A stretch of DNA of 11,806 nucleotides from Paramicrosporidium saccamoebae KSL3 (GCA_002794465.1 MTSL01000209.1:1-11806); one strand, 5' to 3'. Numbered from the stretch's first letter, positions 1 through 8,073 are shown. Made by a program: numbers and translations. Notes: generated from the letters alone by a model not told the origin.

Positions 1-400
1 TGTCTTGTGCACAGTAATCCCAGGATAACTCAAATCGGGAGCGTGTCGACCCTGAAGACTGGAGCTGTGATTGTGCTGAGACTGAGCGCAACGGCTGCCT
101 CACCAGACTTACTACCCGCCCAGGATAAGCTTGCCGAGTCAAAGTGTAATAATTAGAGTTATGGCTGACCAAATAGGATTTGGATGGGCCAGCAGCCTGC
201 TTTGGCATGGACATTGGCCACACGCCATTGACCAGATCAACATACGCTTTTACTGGCATTCGACAATATAACCCTCACACAGCCTGGCGGAAGACAAAGA
301 TATTTTTTGTTACCGTTAGTATTTAATAGAGCATCGCCTGAAGCCGCAAAAATAGTATTCACTTAGACTACAGCTCAAGTGGAATAGCTATGGATGGCAT
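1..400 (-). pseudogene. B0: degenerate 5' exons of a B-family membrane protein gene (rest lies left of the window)
   Basis: 113-168 aligns without gaps to B3 exon 2 (SAITLIITL*LGKLILGG vs SARALLLLPWIAMLVLDD) with TGG->TGA at 139-141. An intron at 82-112 (GTAAGT...CTCAG, 31 nt) matches B3 intron 2. The exon 3 homologue has a -1 frameshift. Confidence 0.7.
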
Positions 401-417
401 TACTTAATGAGAATCAA

Positions 418-480
418 CCAATCACAAGTGGCCCCTTTCAAGATTGCAGGGGGGCCAATCATTCATAGTGATATATGTAT
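418..480 (+). promoter_or_regulatory. Putative A-gene promoter: two CCAAT boxes plus TATA-like element
   Basis: CCAAT at 418-422 and 455-459, then ATATATGTAT, then cacaccaacATG. The same arrangement precedes A2 (2916, 2952, TATA ~2968) and A3 (4995, 5031). Confidence 0.45.
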
Positions 481-509
481 CCCAATGTCAACATTCCACA
501 CACACCAAC

Positions 510-1097
510 ATGCGCATCCATGATAGGATACAATATCTTGCATTTGCAGCTCCTCACCCGTTTTACATGTATCTCCTTGGCCAAGCCCATCCTGTAGAAG
601 GGCTTGCGCCTGGGGCAATAATGATGCTCTTCATAGTACCCTTTTTCGCCCTCTTGGCTGTCCTGAAATATCGTGCTGCATATCACCGCAAAGTCTCAAA
701 GCGACAGAAGGGTGAAGGTGACATCGGATCTGGTTACAGTTTCAATGTATATCTGAGGGAGCTTTTTTTGTGGGAGGCAAAGGCGACCCCAGTTTATAGT
801 CCGGTTCTAAGTGCGGTATGGGACTTGCTATGCTCTCTTGTCATTTGGCTCCTCTTTCCACCTCGGTTTGCTGCTGCATACATAATGTTTGCGTGGTTGC
901 ATGGTATTCCTCAGGTGGCTATTACTGGGCGCAGCTGGGAGTCCTTCATTGGCACTGATAGCGTTGTATACAACTGTCGACGTTATAAACTTATCCGCGG
1001 GGGAGCGTACCAATTCAGGCTTGAAGATGAGAACCAAAATATTCTCTTTTATCCAGCAGCTGATTTCCGCGCACTAGTCCCACAAGGCAATGAATGA
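510..1097 (+). CDS. A1: uncharacterised membrane protein, 195 aa, ~3 TM, C-terminal MscS-beta-domain-like segment
   Basis: Start set at the ATG conserved in all three paralogs (cacaccaacATGCGCAT, MRI), not at the 444 start in the ORF track. About 55% identical to A3 by manual count. Shared motifs [10 protein letters not shown], FLWEAKxTPVYSP, WLxFPPRF. Confidence 0.85.
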   Translation: MRIHDRIQYLAFAAPHPFYMYLLGQAHPVEGLAPGAIMMLFIVPFFALLAVLKYRAAYHRKVSKRQKGEGDIGSGYSFNVYLRELFLWEAKATPVYSPVLSAVWDLLCSLVIWLLFPPRFAAAYIMFAWLHGIPQVAITGRSWESFIGTDSVVYNCRRYKLIRGGAYQFRLEDENQNILFYPAADFRALVPQGNE

Positions 1098-1205
1098 ATA
1101 TGGGGCTATTAAACCCGTAGTTGCGCAAACTTGTCTAAATTGCAGTTCTCGTCATGATCATGGCTCAAACCGACTCTTTTATACTGCTCCGCTACAATCA
1201 CTGGT

Positions 1206-1598
1206 TTATTTGATAATTTTGAGCAGGTTGGCGTCGAATAGTTCGCAGCGAACCGGCATTTCCGGTGTATGAAAAGGGTTCTTCAGGGCATAATCGGCAT
1301 AAATCTCATAGACCTTCCTGAGCACCGTTTCACATTCCCGTCCCACTGATGCGGTAAGCAGTATCTTCATTCCCGTGCCAGTCTGCAGACAATGCACGCT
1401 GAAGGGTTCCTCTCCACCCCACTCTATTGCCTCTACCCCGCCGCCGCCCGGCCCCACCCGTGCACTAATCGCATGCACACTCTGAAATGTACTGGCAATG
1501 ACCAAGTAGTCGTTGCTGGTGAGCTTGGGATGAAACCCAAAGGTCTTTTGATAGGCCAGCCCGCCAGCCTTGTTAACGAGCCACACCGAGTAGATCAT
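1206..1598 (-). CDS. TRS23: TRAPP complex subunit Trs23/TRAPPC4 (sybindin-like longin, short form without PDZ insert), 130 aa
   Basis: N-terminal MIYSVWLVNKAGGLAY and KLTSNDYLVIASTF; C-terminal LRKVYEIYADYALKNPFHTPEMPVRCELFD, characteristic of TRAPPC4. Confidence 0.93.
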   Translation of the reverse strand: MIYSVWLVNKAGGLAYQKTFGFHPKLTSNDYLVIASTFQSVHAISARVGPGGGGVEAIEWGGEEPFSVHCLQTGTGMKILLTASVGRECETVLRKVYEIYADYALKNPFHTPEMPVRCELFDANLLKIIK

Positions 1599-1605
1599 GC
1601 TACAG

Positions 1606-1830
1606 TTAACAATAAATATTTGGCAATATCAAAGCTGGTAATCAAGTTTTCGTTTTCATGCATAGTAAAAACCCGTAAATACACTCTATCTAACCTCTTG
1701 TCTCGTGAATATAGTCTCTCTCACCTTTCACGCTTACAGGATTTTCACCTCCTGTACGGAAAATAACCAGACTGCAATTATGGGTCACGACAGAACCGGA
1801 GCGCTTCTGGACCATTCCAGACGCAGATCA
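1606..1830 (+). pseudogene. Rab8 5' remnant 1 (promoter fragment plus switch II fragment)
   Basis: 1606-1626 gttaacaataaatatttggca matches 7235-7255 upstream of Rab8 (3 mismatches in 21). 1772-1828 translates LQLWVTTEPERFWTIPDA vs Rab8 [18 protein letters not shown]. Confidence 0.7.
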
Positions 1831-1899
1831 AGCTACTTTGAATAAAGTTGCAAAGATCATAGTGTTTATGTGGGATCTATAAAGAGATGTAATATCTAT

Positions 1900-2600
1900 T
1901 TAATTTCCCTTGTATGTTGCCACAACACGGGCAATGTTGACATTTCTTGCCAATATCGTGGTGACACACAAGGGAGTGTTCGGGAAGCCCATTGATCGTC
2001 CAAACTATAGATCCTGTGAACCGCAAAACTAGCAACCACTAACGTCCCACAATGCGTTGGATCCCATCTTCTGCAAACGACCTGCCTGTGAACAGATTGA
2101 TTGCAAGTTTCGATGCAAACTCTTTCCGAAAATCCAATTTACGATTCTTCAGTTCCGGCTCGAAACTTGTGTGCTTCACAAGTGAGATGAATTTCTTCGC
2201 AAATGCCTGCTCGGGCAGGCATTCTACGAAATGGGTCTTCAGAATCAGCAGGGCCAGGGAGATCCATCAGTGTCCTCAAGGTCCAGACCTTCCAAGCGCC
2301 TTTCCTAAGGGGTGCGCTTACTGCAAGCAAGAGCCACGCCCACAGCACGTGGACACTGGGGTCGCACTTAGCCATCTGGATAGCCGTACTCAGACATCCC
2401 ATGATGCAGACACCGAACTCAGCTATCAGTGTACCATACTCGGGATAGGCCGGCAGCTACAGAGCAGATTAGCAAGAGGGCTATGCGTACTCGTGACGTG
2501 CGAGAGATGGGAGAAAGCAAATGTTATTGCAATTTGAAACACGGATTGCGGGGGGGGGATCCACTGTTGAGCTTGTTTAGTACCAACCTAAAAAATTAAC
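1900..2600 (-). pseudogene. B1: frameshifted B-family membrane protein gene
   Basis: Homologous to B2/B3 exons 5-6, with the 34-nt intron 5 retained (gtacgc...gctaat...gtag). An 11-nt deletion follows AGL, a +1 frameshift lies near 2262 and a stop near 2040. The C-terminal remnant NVNIARVVATYKGN* ends ~1900. Confidence 0.85.
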
Positions 2601-2601
2601 T

Positions 2602-3014
2602 CAATATGGAAGTTTGCATGACTCGACCTGGAGGGCACCAAATACGGTAAGATATCCATGCCGCAATGCTGTGATTACAATGAGACCGTGTGTAAGGACT
2701 GCTTCACTAGTGTCACTACGTGTGCTGGCCACATGTCATCAATCAGATCAGCATACCGCTATTCAGCAGTATCACCCTCACATAGGCTGGCGGAAGACAA
2801 AGATATTCGTGTTGCAGTTGGTATTTGATAGCATCGCCTGAATCAGCAAATATGATGCTTCCTTTGAATAGTTTGTGTAAAATAGCTATGGATGGCAACG
2901 CTCAAAGGTAACCAACCAATCACAAGTGACCCCTTTCAAGATTGCAGGGGGCCAATCATTCATAGTGATATATATATCCTGATGTACACATCTCGCACAC
3001 ACCAACATGCGCAT
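2602..3014. repeat. Near-identical copy of 4681-5093 (B-A intergenic region)
   Basis: 8 differences in 413 bp by manual comparison; 2617-2926 is identical to 4696-5005 (310 bp). Confidence 0.95.
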
Positions 3015-3609
3015 CAGTGTCGAACTAGAAGAGTTCTCAATGATAGCACCAATGCTAGCTCACGTGTTTCTTTTTACCCAAATTAGCTCAGAGGAAGAGT
3101 GGGTGTCCGGGATAATAATGGCGCTTTTCGCAGTGCCTGCCCTCATCTTCTTGGGCATCTTGAAATATCGTGCTGCTTATCATCGCAAAATGCCAAAGTG
3201 GCAGCGTTTTGAAGGCAGCCTCAGACCTGGTAGCAATCTGAGTGTATATCTGAAAGAGATTTTTCTATGGGAGGCAAAAACGACCCCAGTCTACAGCCCA
3301 TTTCTAAGCGGAGTGTGGGATTCGCTTTGTTTTATTGTCATCTGGCTCCTATTTCCACCCCGATTTGCTCTGGCATACATAGGAATTGAGGGGTTTTATA
3401 GTGCCCTGTATACGATTGTGATTTTTTCCTGCATAGATCGCTTTGCTGAAATTGACAATTTTGTGTACAACCGCCGACGCTATACATTTGTCCGCAAGGG
3501 ATTATACCAGTCTGTGATTCAAGACGGAGATCAAAATGTTGTGTACTACCCAACGGTTGACCTCTATGCATTAGTTCCGCCCGGTAACCAATTAATACCA
3601 CACCAATAA
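3007..3609 (+). CDS. A2: uncharacterised membrane protein, 200 aa, paralog of A1/A3
   Basis: Intact ORF with the conserved start context and motifs. It is the most divergent copy in the N-terminus and after PPRF. Confidence 0.85.
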   Translation: MRISVELEEFSMIAPMLAHVFLFTQISSEEEWVSGIIMALFAVPALIFLGILKYRAAYHRKMPKWQRFEGSLRPGSNLSVYLKEIFLWEAKTTPVYSPFLSGVWDSLCFIVIWLLFPPRFALAYIGIEGFYSALYTIVIFSCIDRFAEIDNFVYNRRRYTFVRKGLYQSVIQDGDQNVVYYPTVDLYALVPPGNQLIPHQ

Positions 3610-3694
3610 AGCCATTTTTGCGCAAACTGGTATAAATTGTATTTTCTGACGCGGTCGCGGCCCATAAAGTTCATCGAAACATAACAGTCCATCG

Positions 3695-3820
3695 CTGCCA
3701 CCCTCACCCCAATTGTTCCCCATGAGTACAGGCATCGATTTTGAAATCTACACCATCTCCCTGGACGGCAATGATTCTGAAGTGTACCCGATCATCAGCC
3801 AAATGTTTCGTCGCTTGGAA
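3695..3820 (+). pseudogene. Rab8 5' remnant 2 (switch I/effector region)
   Basis: Translates TGIDFEIYTISLDG vs Rab8 [14 protein letters not shown]. 17-nt exact match accatctccctggacgg at 3752-3768 = 7461-7477. Confidence 0.85.
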
Positions 3821-3886
3821 TTGTTTTGAACATAACAGTATCGATAAAGCGATGAAATTTTTATTTAAGGTGTATACAGGTGTGGA

Positions 3887-4626
3887 TTAGTGAGCTTTGA
3901 ATGATTCTTTTCCTGTGTATACCGCCAGAACATGCGCAAAGTTGGCGTTCATTAGAAGGACCAATGGCTCGGAATCTTCTCGACCGTTCCAACAATATAC
4001 AAAAGAGCACCATGCAACGACGATCCAGCAAATCGCACCAAATCTTGTTGTCCTCTTGCAATCAAAGCCGTATGCAACCGCTACGGATGCGCAGTATGAA
4101 AAGTACGCAAAACCGAGCGCACCCCAGCCGAGCTGTACACTGGCTAGAACGGATGCCGTGCTCGCGCAAGCATTCAGAAAACATCTCAACCCGAGCTCCA
4201 CCCAAAAGCCCACTTTGCGATGCTTCAGATCCGGCTTGGGACATGTGCGTTCCACAAGTGAGATCAATTTCTCTATAAATGCCTGTCCGGGCAGGCGTTT
4301 TGTGCACTGGGTCATTAAAGTTGCCAGGACCAGGAACACTATCAGTGCCAATGAGGTCCAGACTTTCCCAGTGCCCCGCATGAAGGGTGCGCTTACTGCA
4401 AGCAGAAGCCACACCCATAACACGTGCACCCTGGGGTCGCGTCCGGCCATTTGGACGACCGTGCCCAGGCATGCCATTGTGCACACACTGAGAGCCTTGA
4501 TTACTAGATCATATTCTGGCCACACTTTGGTTAAGCCCGAGACTATAAACAGGTCAGTAGAAGATTTAGGGTACTAGCAATTTGTAAGAAGTGAGAAAAC
4601 AAACAAGCCGTGCCAATGTGGAACAT
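3887..4626 (-). CDS. B2: multi-pass membrane protein; minimal model 235 aa (exons 4626-4575, 4542-3887); 5' structure unresolved
   Basis: The last exon is 656 nt, the same length as in B3, with no stops or indels and roughly 45% aa identity. Intron 4574-4543 (32 nt, GTACCC...TACTGAC...TAG) absorbs both indels seen vs B3. Upstream FHIG...FSH is conserved through synonymous changes. Confidence 0.65.
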
Positions 4627-4631
4627 GAATG

Positions 4632-5093
4632 GCGGGAGACTCACTGCAGGGCATGTTAAATGCCAACACAAAGATTGTCCCAATATGGAAGTTTACATGA
4701 CTCGACCTGGAGGGCACCAAATACGGTAAGATATCCATGCCGCAATGCTGTGATTACAATGAGACCGTGTGTAAGGACTGCTTCACTAGTGTCACTACGT
4801 GTGCTGGCCACATGTCATCAATCAGATCAGCATACCGCTATTCAGCAGTATCACCCTCACATAGGCTGGCGGAAGACAAAGATATTCGTGTTGCAGTTGG
4901 TATTTGATAGCATCGCCTGAATCAGCAAATATGATGCTTCCTTTGAATAGTTTGTGTAAAATAGCTATGGATGGCAACGCTCAAAGGTAACCAACCAATC
5001 ACAAGCGACCCCTTTCAAGATTGCAGGGGACCAATCATTAATTGTATTATATATATCCTGATGTACACATCTCTCACACACCAACATGCGCAT
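4632..5093. repeat. Mosaic intergenic copy: 4681-5093 matches 2602-3014; 4632-4748 matches 6760-6876
   Basis: 4632-4748 vs 6760-6876 shows 5 differences in 117 bp, and 4632-4694 is identical to 6760-6822. Confidence 0.9.
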
Positions 5094-5670
5094 AAGTGAC
5101 AAGATACACAAGTTTTCGTTTGCAATCTCCCCTCCGTTTTACATTCATGTCCTCGGCCACATCCGCCCAGTAGAATTTGCACCTGGGATATTGCTGATGT
5201 TCTCCGTAGTGCCTTTTGTCTTTCTTTTGGCCATCCTGAAATATCGTGCTGCTTACCATCGCAAAGTTTTAAAGTGGCAGAGTTTTGAGAGCGGCGTCGG
5301 GTCTGACACTAGTTTCAGTGTATATCTGAGGGAAGTCTTTTTGTGGGAGGCAAAGACGACCCCAGTCTATAGCCCGGTTCTTAATGGATTTTGGGAATTG
5401 CTTTGTGGTCTCGTCGTATGGCTCATTTTTCCACCTCGATTTACTCTGGCCCATCTAATAATAGCGTGGATGTATGGCTTCCCTCAGATGTTCGCAACCA
5501 GACACAGATGGAGCCGTTTCACTGGCACCAGTAATTTTGTATATAACGGCCAACGTTATAGATATATCCGCTGGGGACAGTATCATTCCAGATTTGAAGA
5601 CAAAGACCAAAATGACATATATTATCCAACTGCCGATCTCCACGCATTAGTCCCGCAAGACCGGAGATGA
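5086..5670 (+). CDS. A3: uncharacterised membrane protein, 194 aa, paralog of A1/A2
   Basis: Intact ORF with the conserved start context and motifs. C-terminal [32 protein letters not shown]. Confidence 0.85.
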   Translation: MRISDKIHKFSFAISPPFYIHVLGHIRPVEFAPGILLMFSVVPFVFLLAILKYRAAYHRKVLKWQSFESGVGSDTSFSVYLREVFLWEAKTTPVYSPVLNGFWELLCGLVVWLIFPPRFTLAHLIIAWMYGFPQMFATRHRWSRFTGTSNFVYNGQRYRYIRWGQYHSRFEDKDQNDIYYPTADLHALVPQDRR

Positions 5671-5769
5671 TTACTATACTAATGAAGTTACATTTGCGCA
5701 AACTCACTCGAGTTGCAACTCCCGCCGCTACTATGCTCCAGAAAATTCGCTATACACAGAACAATCCGT

Positions 5770-5923
5770 CATTACTGTCATCCACTCCCAGTCTTCCAGC
5801 ACAGTTACAGGCATTGATATCCATACAGTTGCCTTGGACAGCAAGCAAATCAAGCTGCAAATATGGGACGCGGCAGGATCGGAACGCTTCCCGGCCACTA
5901 CAAACGCACATTTCGTCGCTTGA
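5770..5923 (+). pseudogene. Rab8 5' remnant 3
   Basis: 5819-5923 translates [34 protein letters not shown], 20/31 identical to Rab8 [31 protein letters not shown]. It has a deletion after GID, no start and an early stop. Confidence 0.9.
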
Positions 5924-6012
5924 AATAAAGATGCAAATAACATGGTGTGGGCGAGATTCTGTGAAGTTGATAAGGAGATGAAATGTTTATATAATGTATA
6001 TAGAGACGCGGC

Positions 6013-7074
6013 TTACTGGCTCTTGACTGAGTCTTTTCCGGTGTGTGTTACCAGGAGATGAGCAAGGTTGGCGTTCAGCAAGACAATCAATGTCTCAGGA
6101 TCTTTATAACCGTTCCAACAATACCATCCCGTGCACCATAGGATCACAGGCCACCAAAATCCTGCGATGCGTTCGTTCCTATCTTCCGCAAAGCGACTTG
6201 CAACGAAACACGTCAGAAAAAAGGCGGCAGTCGGAATCAGGAGGCCCGCAAGTCCTAGTTGAATGTCCGAAAGGACTAGAGATCCGCTTGTAAAAAGGTT
6301 GACGGCCAACCTCAGCAGGAACTCTTGCCAAAAACCCAACAGGTAATTCTCAGGGTGCGGCCTGGGGCTTGCGCGCACTACCTGTGAGTTGAGCTTCTTT
6401 ATCCACTCTTGCCCAGGAAGGCGCTTGTGGAAATGGGACAGTATAACCACGATGGCTAGGGATGCTGCCAATGTCAACGAGGTCCACGCTTTCCAAGTGC
6501 CTCGCATGAGGGGTGCGCTTGCTGCAAGCAGCAGCCACACCCACAACACGTGGACACGGGGGTCGCACCTAGCCATCTGGATAGCCGTGCTCAGGCATCC
6601 CATGATGCAGAAACTAAGCACAGCTACCAGTACGCCATATTCTGGCCATATTTGGGCTAGGCCGGCAGCTACAAGGCAGATGAGTAAGAGGGTAGCGTGT
6701 ACTCATGATGTGGGAGAGGTGGGAAAAAGCAAATGTGACTCCGATATGGAACGTGGCTTGCGGGAGACTCACTGCAGGGCATGTTAAATGCCAACACAAA
6801 GATTGTCCCAATATGGAAGTTTGCATGACTCGACCTGGAGAGCACCAAATACGGTAAGACATACATGCTGCAATGCCCCATGAACAATGATTCCGAGGGA
6901 AATCAAATTGAGAGCGTGTCGACTCTGAAAGATGGGAGCTGGGATTGCAATGGGACTGAGTGCAAATACTGCTTCACTCACTAATCGTCCAAGACAAGCA
7001 TAGCGATCCAAGGTAGAAGTAGCAGAGCCCTCGCTGACTAATGGGGAATTGGATGAGCGTACCGAGTAGATCAT
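6013..7074 (-). CDS. B3: 6-exon, 306-aa membrane protein with ~10 hydrophobic segments (DMT/SLC35-like size and topology, unconfirmed)
   Basis: Exons 7074-7063, 7037-6982, 6955-6865, 6834-6798, 6771-6703, 6668-6013 sum to 921 nt, one open frame. Introns are 25, 26, 30, 26 and 34 nt, all GT-AG. Frames of exons 2, 3, 5 and 6 are supported by conservative or synonymous changes in the paralogous copies; exon 4 has only one informative site. Confidence 0.75.
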
Positions 7075-7267
7075 GTCGCCGATTAGTGGCGAATACTTGT
7101 TAGTGAAGACCCGAGAATCGGTGTGAGGCTTTTAATAGAGATGCTTTATTAAGGGATTCTTGATTTATATAGACACACTCTCTTGCACTCTTTTACGGAT
7201 GTAATAAGAAATCTTTGTTCCCTCATAACTGTGGTTAACGATAAATAATTGACATAAACACGACACG

Positions 7268-8073
7268 ATGGCGACTGGTTTTGCGGCGGGCAAGACAAAC
7301 TATGACCATTTAATCAAACTTTTGCTCATTGGGGACAGCGGTAGGGAGGGGGAGCGACTAAGGTGTAGGTGTGGGAAAGAGCTGCTTGCTGCTGCGTTTC
7401 TGTGACGACTCCTTCACGCCCAGCTTCATCACGACCATCGGTATCGACTTTAAAATCCGCACCATCTCCCTGGACGGAAAACGAATCAAGCTGCAAATCT
7501 GGGACACGGCGGGACAGGAGCGCTTCCGGACCATCACCAACGCATATTATCGGGGGGCGATGGGAATTCTGCTGGTGTACGATGTGACGGACGAACGGTC
7601 GTTCAACAATGTGCGGAATTGGATTCGGAATACGGAACAGTTTGCCAGCGAGGGTGTAGACAAGATTCTGGTGGGCAACAAATGCGACATGGCTGAAAAG
7701 CGGGTAGCAGGAGAGAATTGGGAGTCATATGTAGGCGGTGGAACGGGAGCGAGCACAGGCATTAGCCGACGAATATGGACTGTCGTTTCTGGAGACCAGC
7801 GCCAAGGCCAATGTCAATGTGGAGGAGGCATTTATGATGCTCGCTCGAGACATTAAGAAACGGCTAATTGACACGCAGAATGTTGTGAGCAACAAACCCC
7901 CTCCGACAGTCTCCTTGGAGAGCGATAGTACCATTGGTCGTCTCCGATCCGCCTGTTGTTGGGGCGGCACCTGCGAAGATTCATCGACAGCCGGATCAAC
8001 GGGCCCAGCTGGTTCAACGGTTCCAGTCGGATCGACCCCGCAGTCGCCGCAATCCACCCAATCTGCACACTAA
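7268..8073 (+). CDS. RAB8: Rab8/Sec4-family small GTPase, 248 aa, 3 exons (7268-7340, 7369-7703, 7735-8073)
   Basis: Motifs [14 protein letters not shown]|[45 protein letters not shown]. Introns of 28 nt (gtaggg...gactaa...gtag) and 31 nt (gtagca...atgtag) join the two ORF-track fragments. Confidence 0.95.
7990..8043 (+). repeat. 3 x 18-nt tandem repeat in the Rab8 tail ([18 protein letters not shown])
   Basis: gccggatcaacgggccca / gctggttcaacggttcca / gtcggatcgaccccgcag. Confidence 0.75.

Larger units (their letters stand above)
1..7570. repeat. Degenerate tandem segmental array, unit ~2.1 kb: [B gene <- / A gene -> / (TRS23) / 5' half of Rab8]
   Basis: Three A paralogs (510, 3007, 5086), B copies (1-400, 1900-2600, 3887-4626, 6013-7074) and three Rab8 remnants recur in the same order and orientation. 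Offsets measured from shared sequence: 2079 (2602<->4681) and 2128 (4632<->6760). Confidence 0.9.

Noticed and set aside
1206-1598. Short Trs23 lacking the PDZ-like insert
   Set aside because: Short forms of about 130-140 aa occur in other eukaryotes, so this is not novel.
2550-2558. Poly-G run (9 G) as a phase-variation switch
   Set aside because: It lies in B1, which is already broken by independent lesions.
4660-4920. Plus-strand ORFs 2614-2841 and 4660-4920 as a third cassette gene
   Set aside because: Their identity comes from the conversion tract. The homologous DNA at 200-341 has frameshifts and stops in this frame, the 6788 copy stops after 31 codons, and the region is antisense to relic B exons.
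6702-6772. Alternative 71-nt intron starting at GTGAGT in B genes
   Set aside because: It would remove FHIG/FSHLSH, which is conserved through synonymous changes in three copies. It also needs a GAG acceptor in B3 and gives stops in B2.
6784-7074. 96-aa ORF MIYSVRSS... as a standalone gene or TRS23 paralog
   Set aside because: Only MIYSV matches TRS23. It is the unspliced read-through of B3 introns 1-3 (25+26+30 nt keeps the frame) and ends inside intron 4.
1-7074. Array as a transposon, LTR element or CRISPR
   Set aside because: No transposase/RT/integrase motifs, terminal inverted repeats, target-site duplications or repeat-spacer structure were seen. The units carry host-gene fragments typical of segmental duplication.
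7704-7856. C-terminus of ORF 7371-7856 (VAGENWES...ARSRH)
   Set aside because: Artefact of reading through Rab8 intron 2 (7704-7734).
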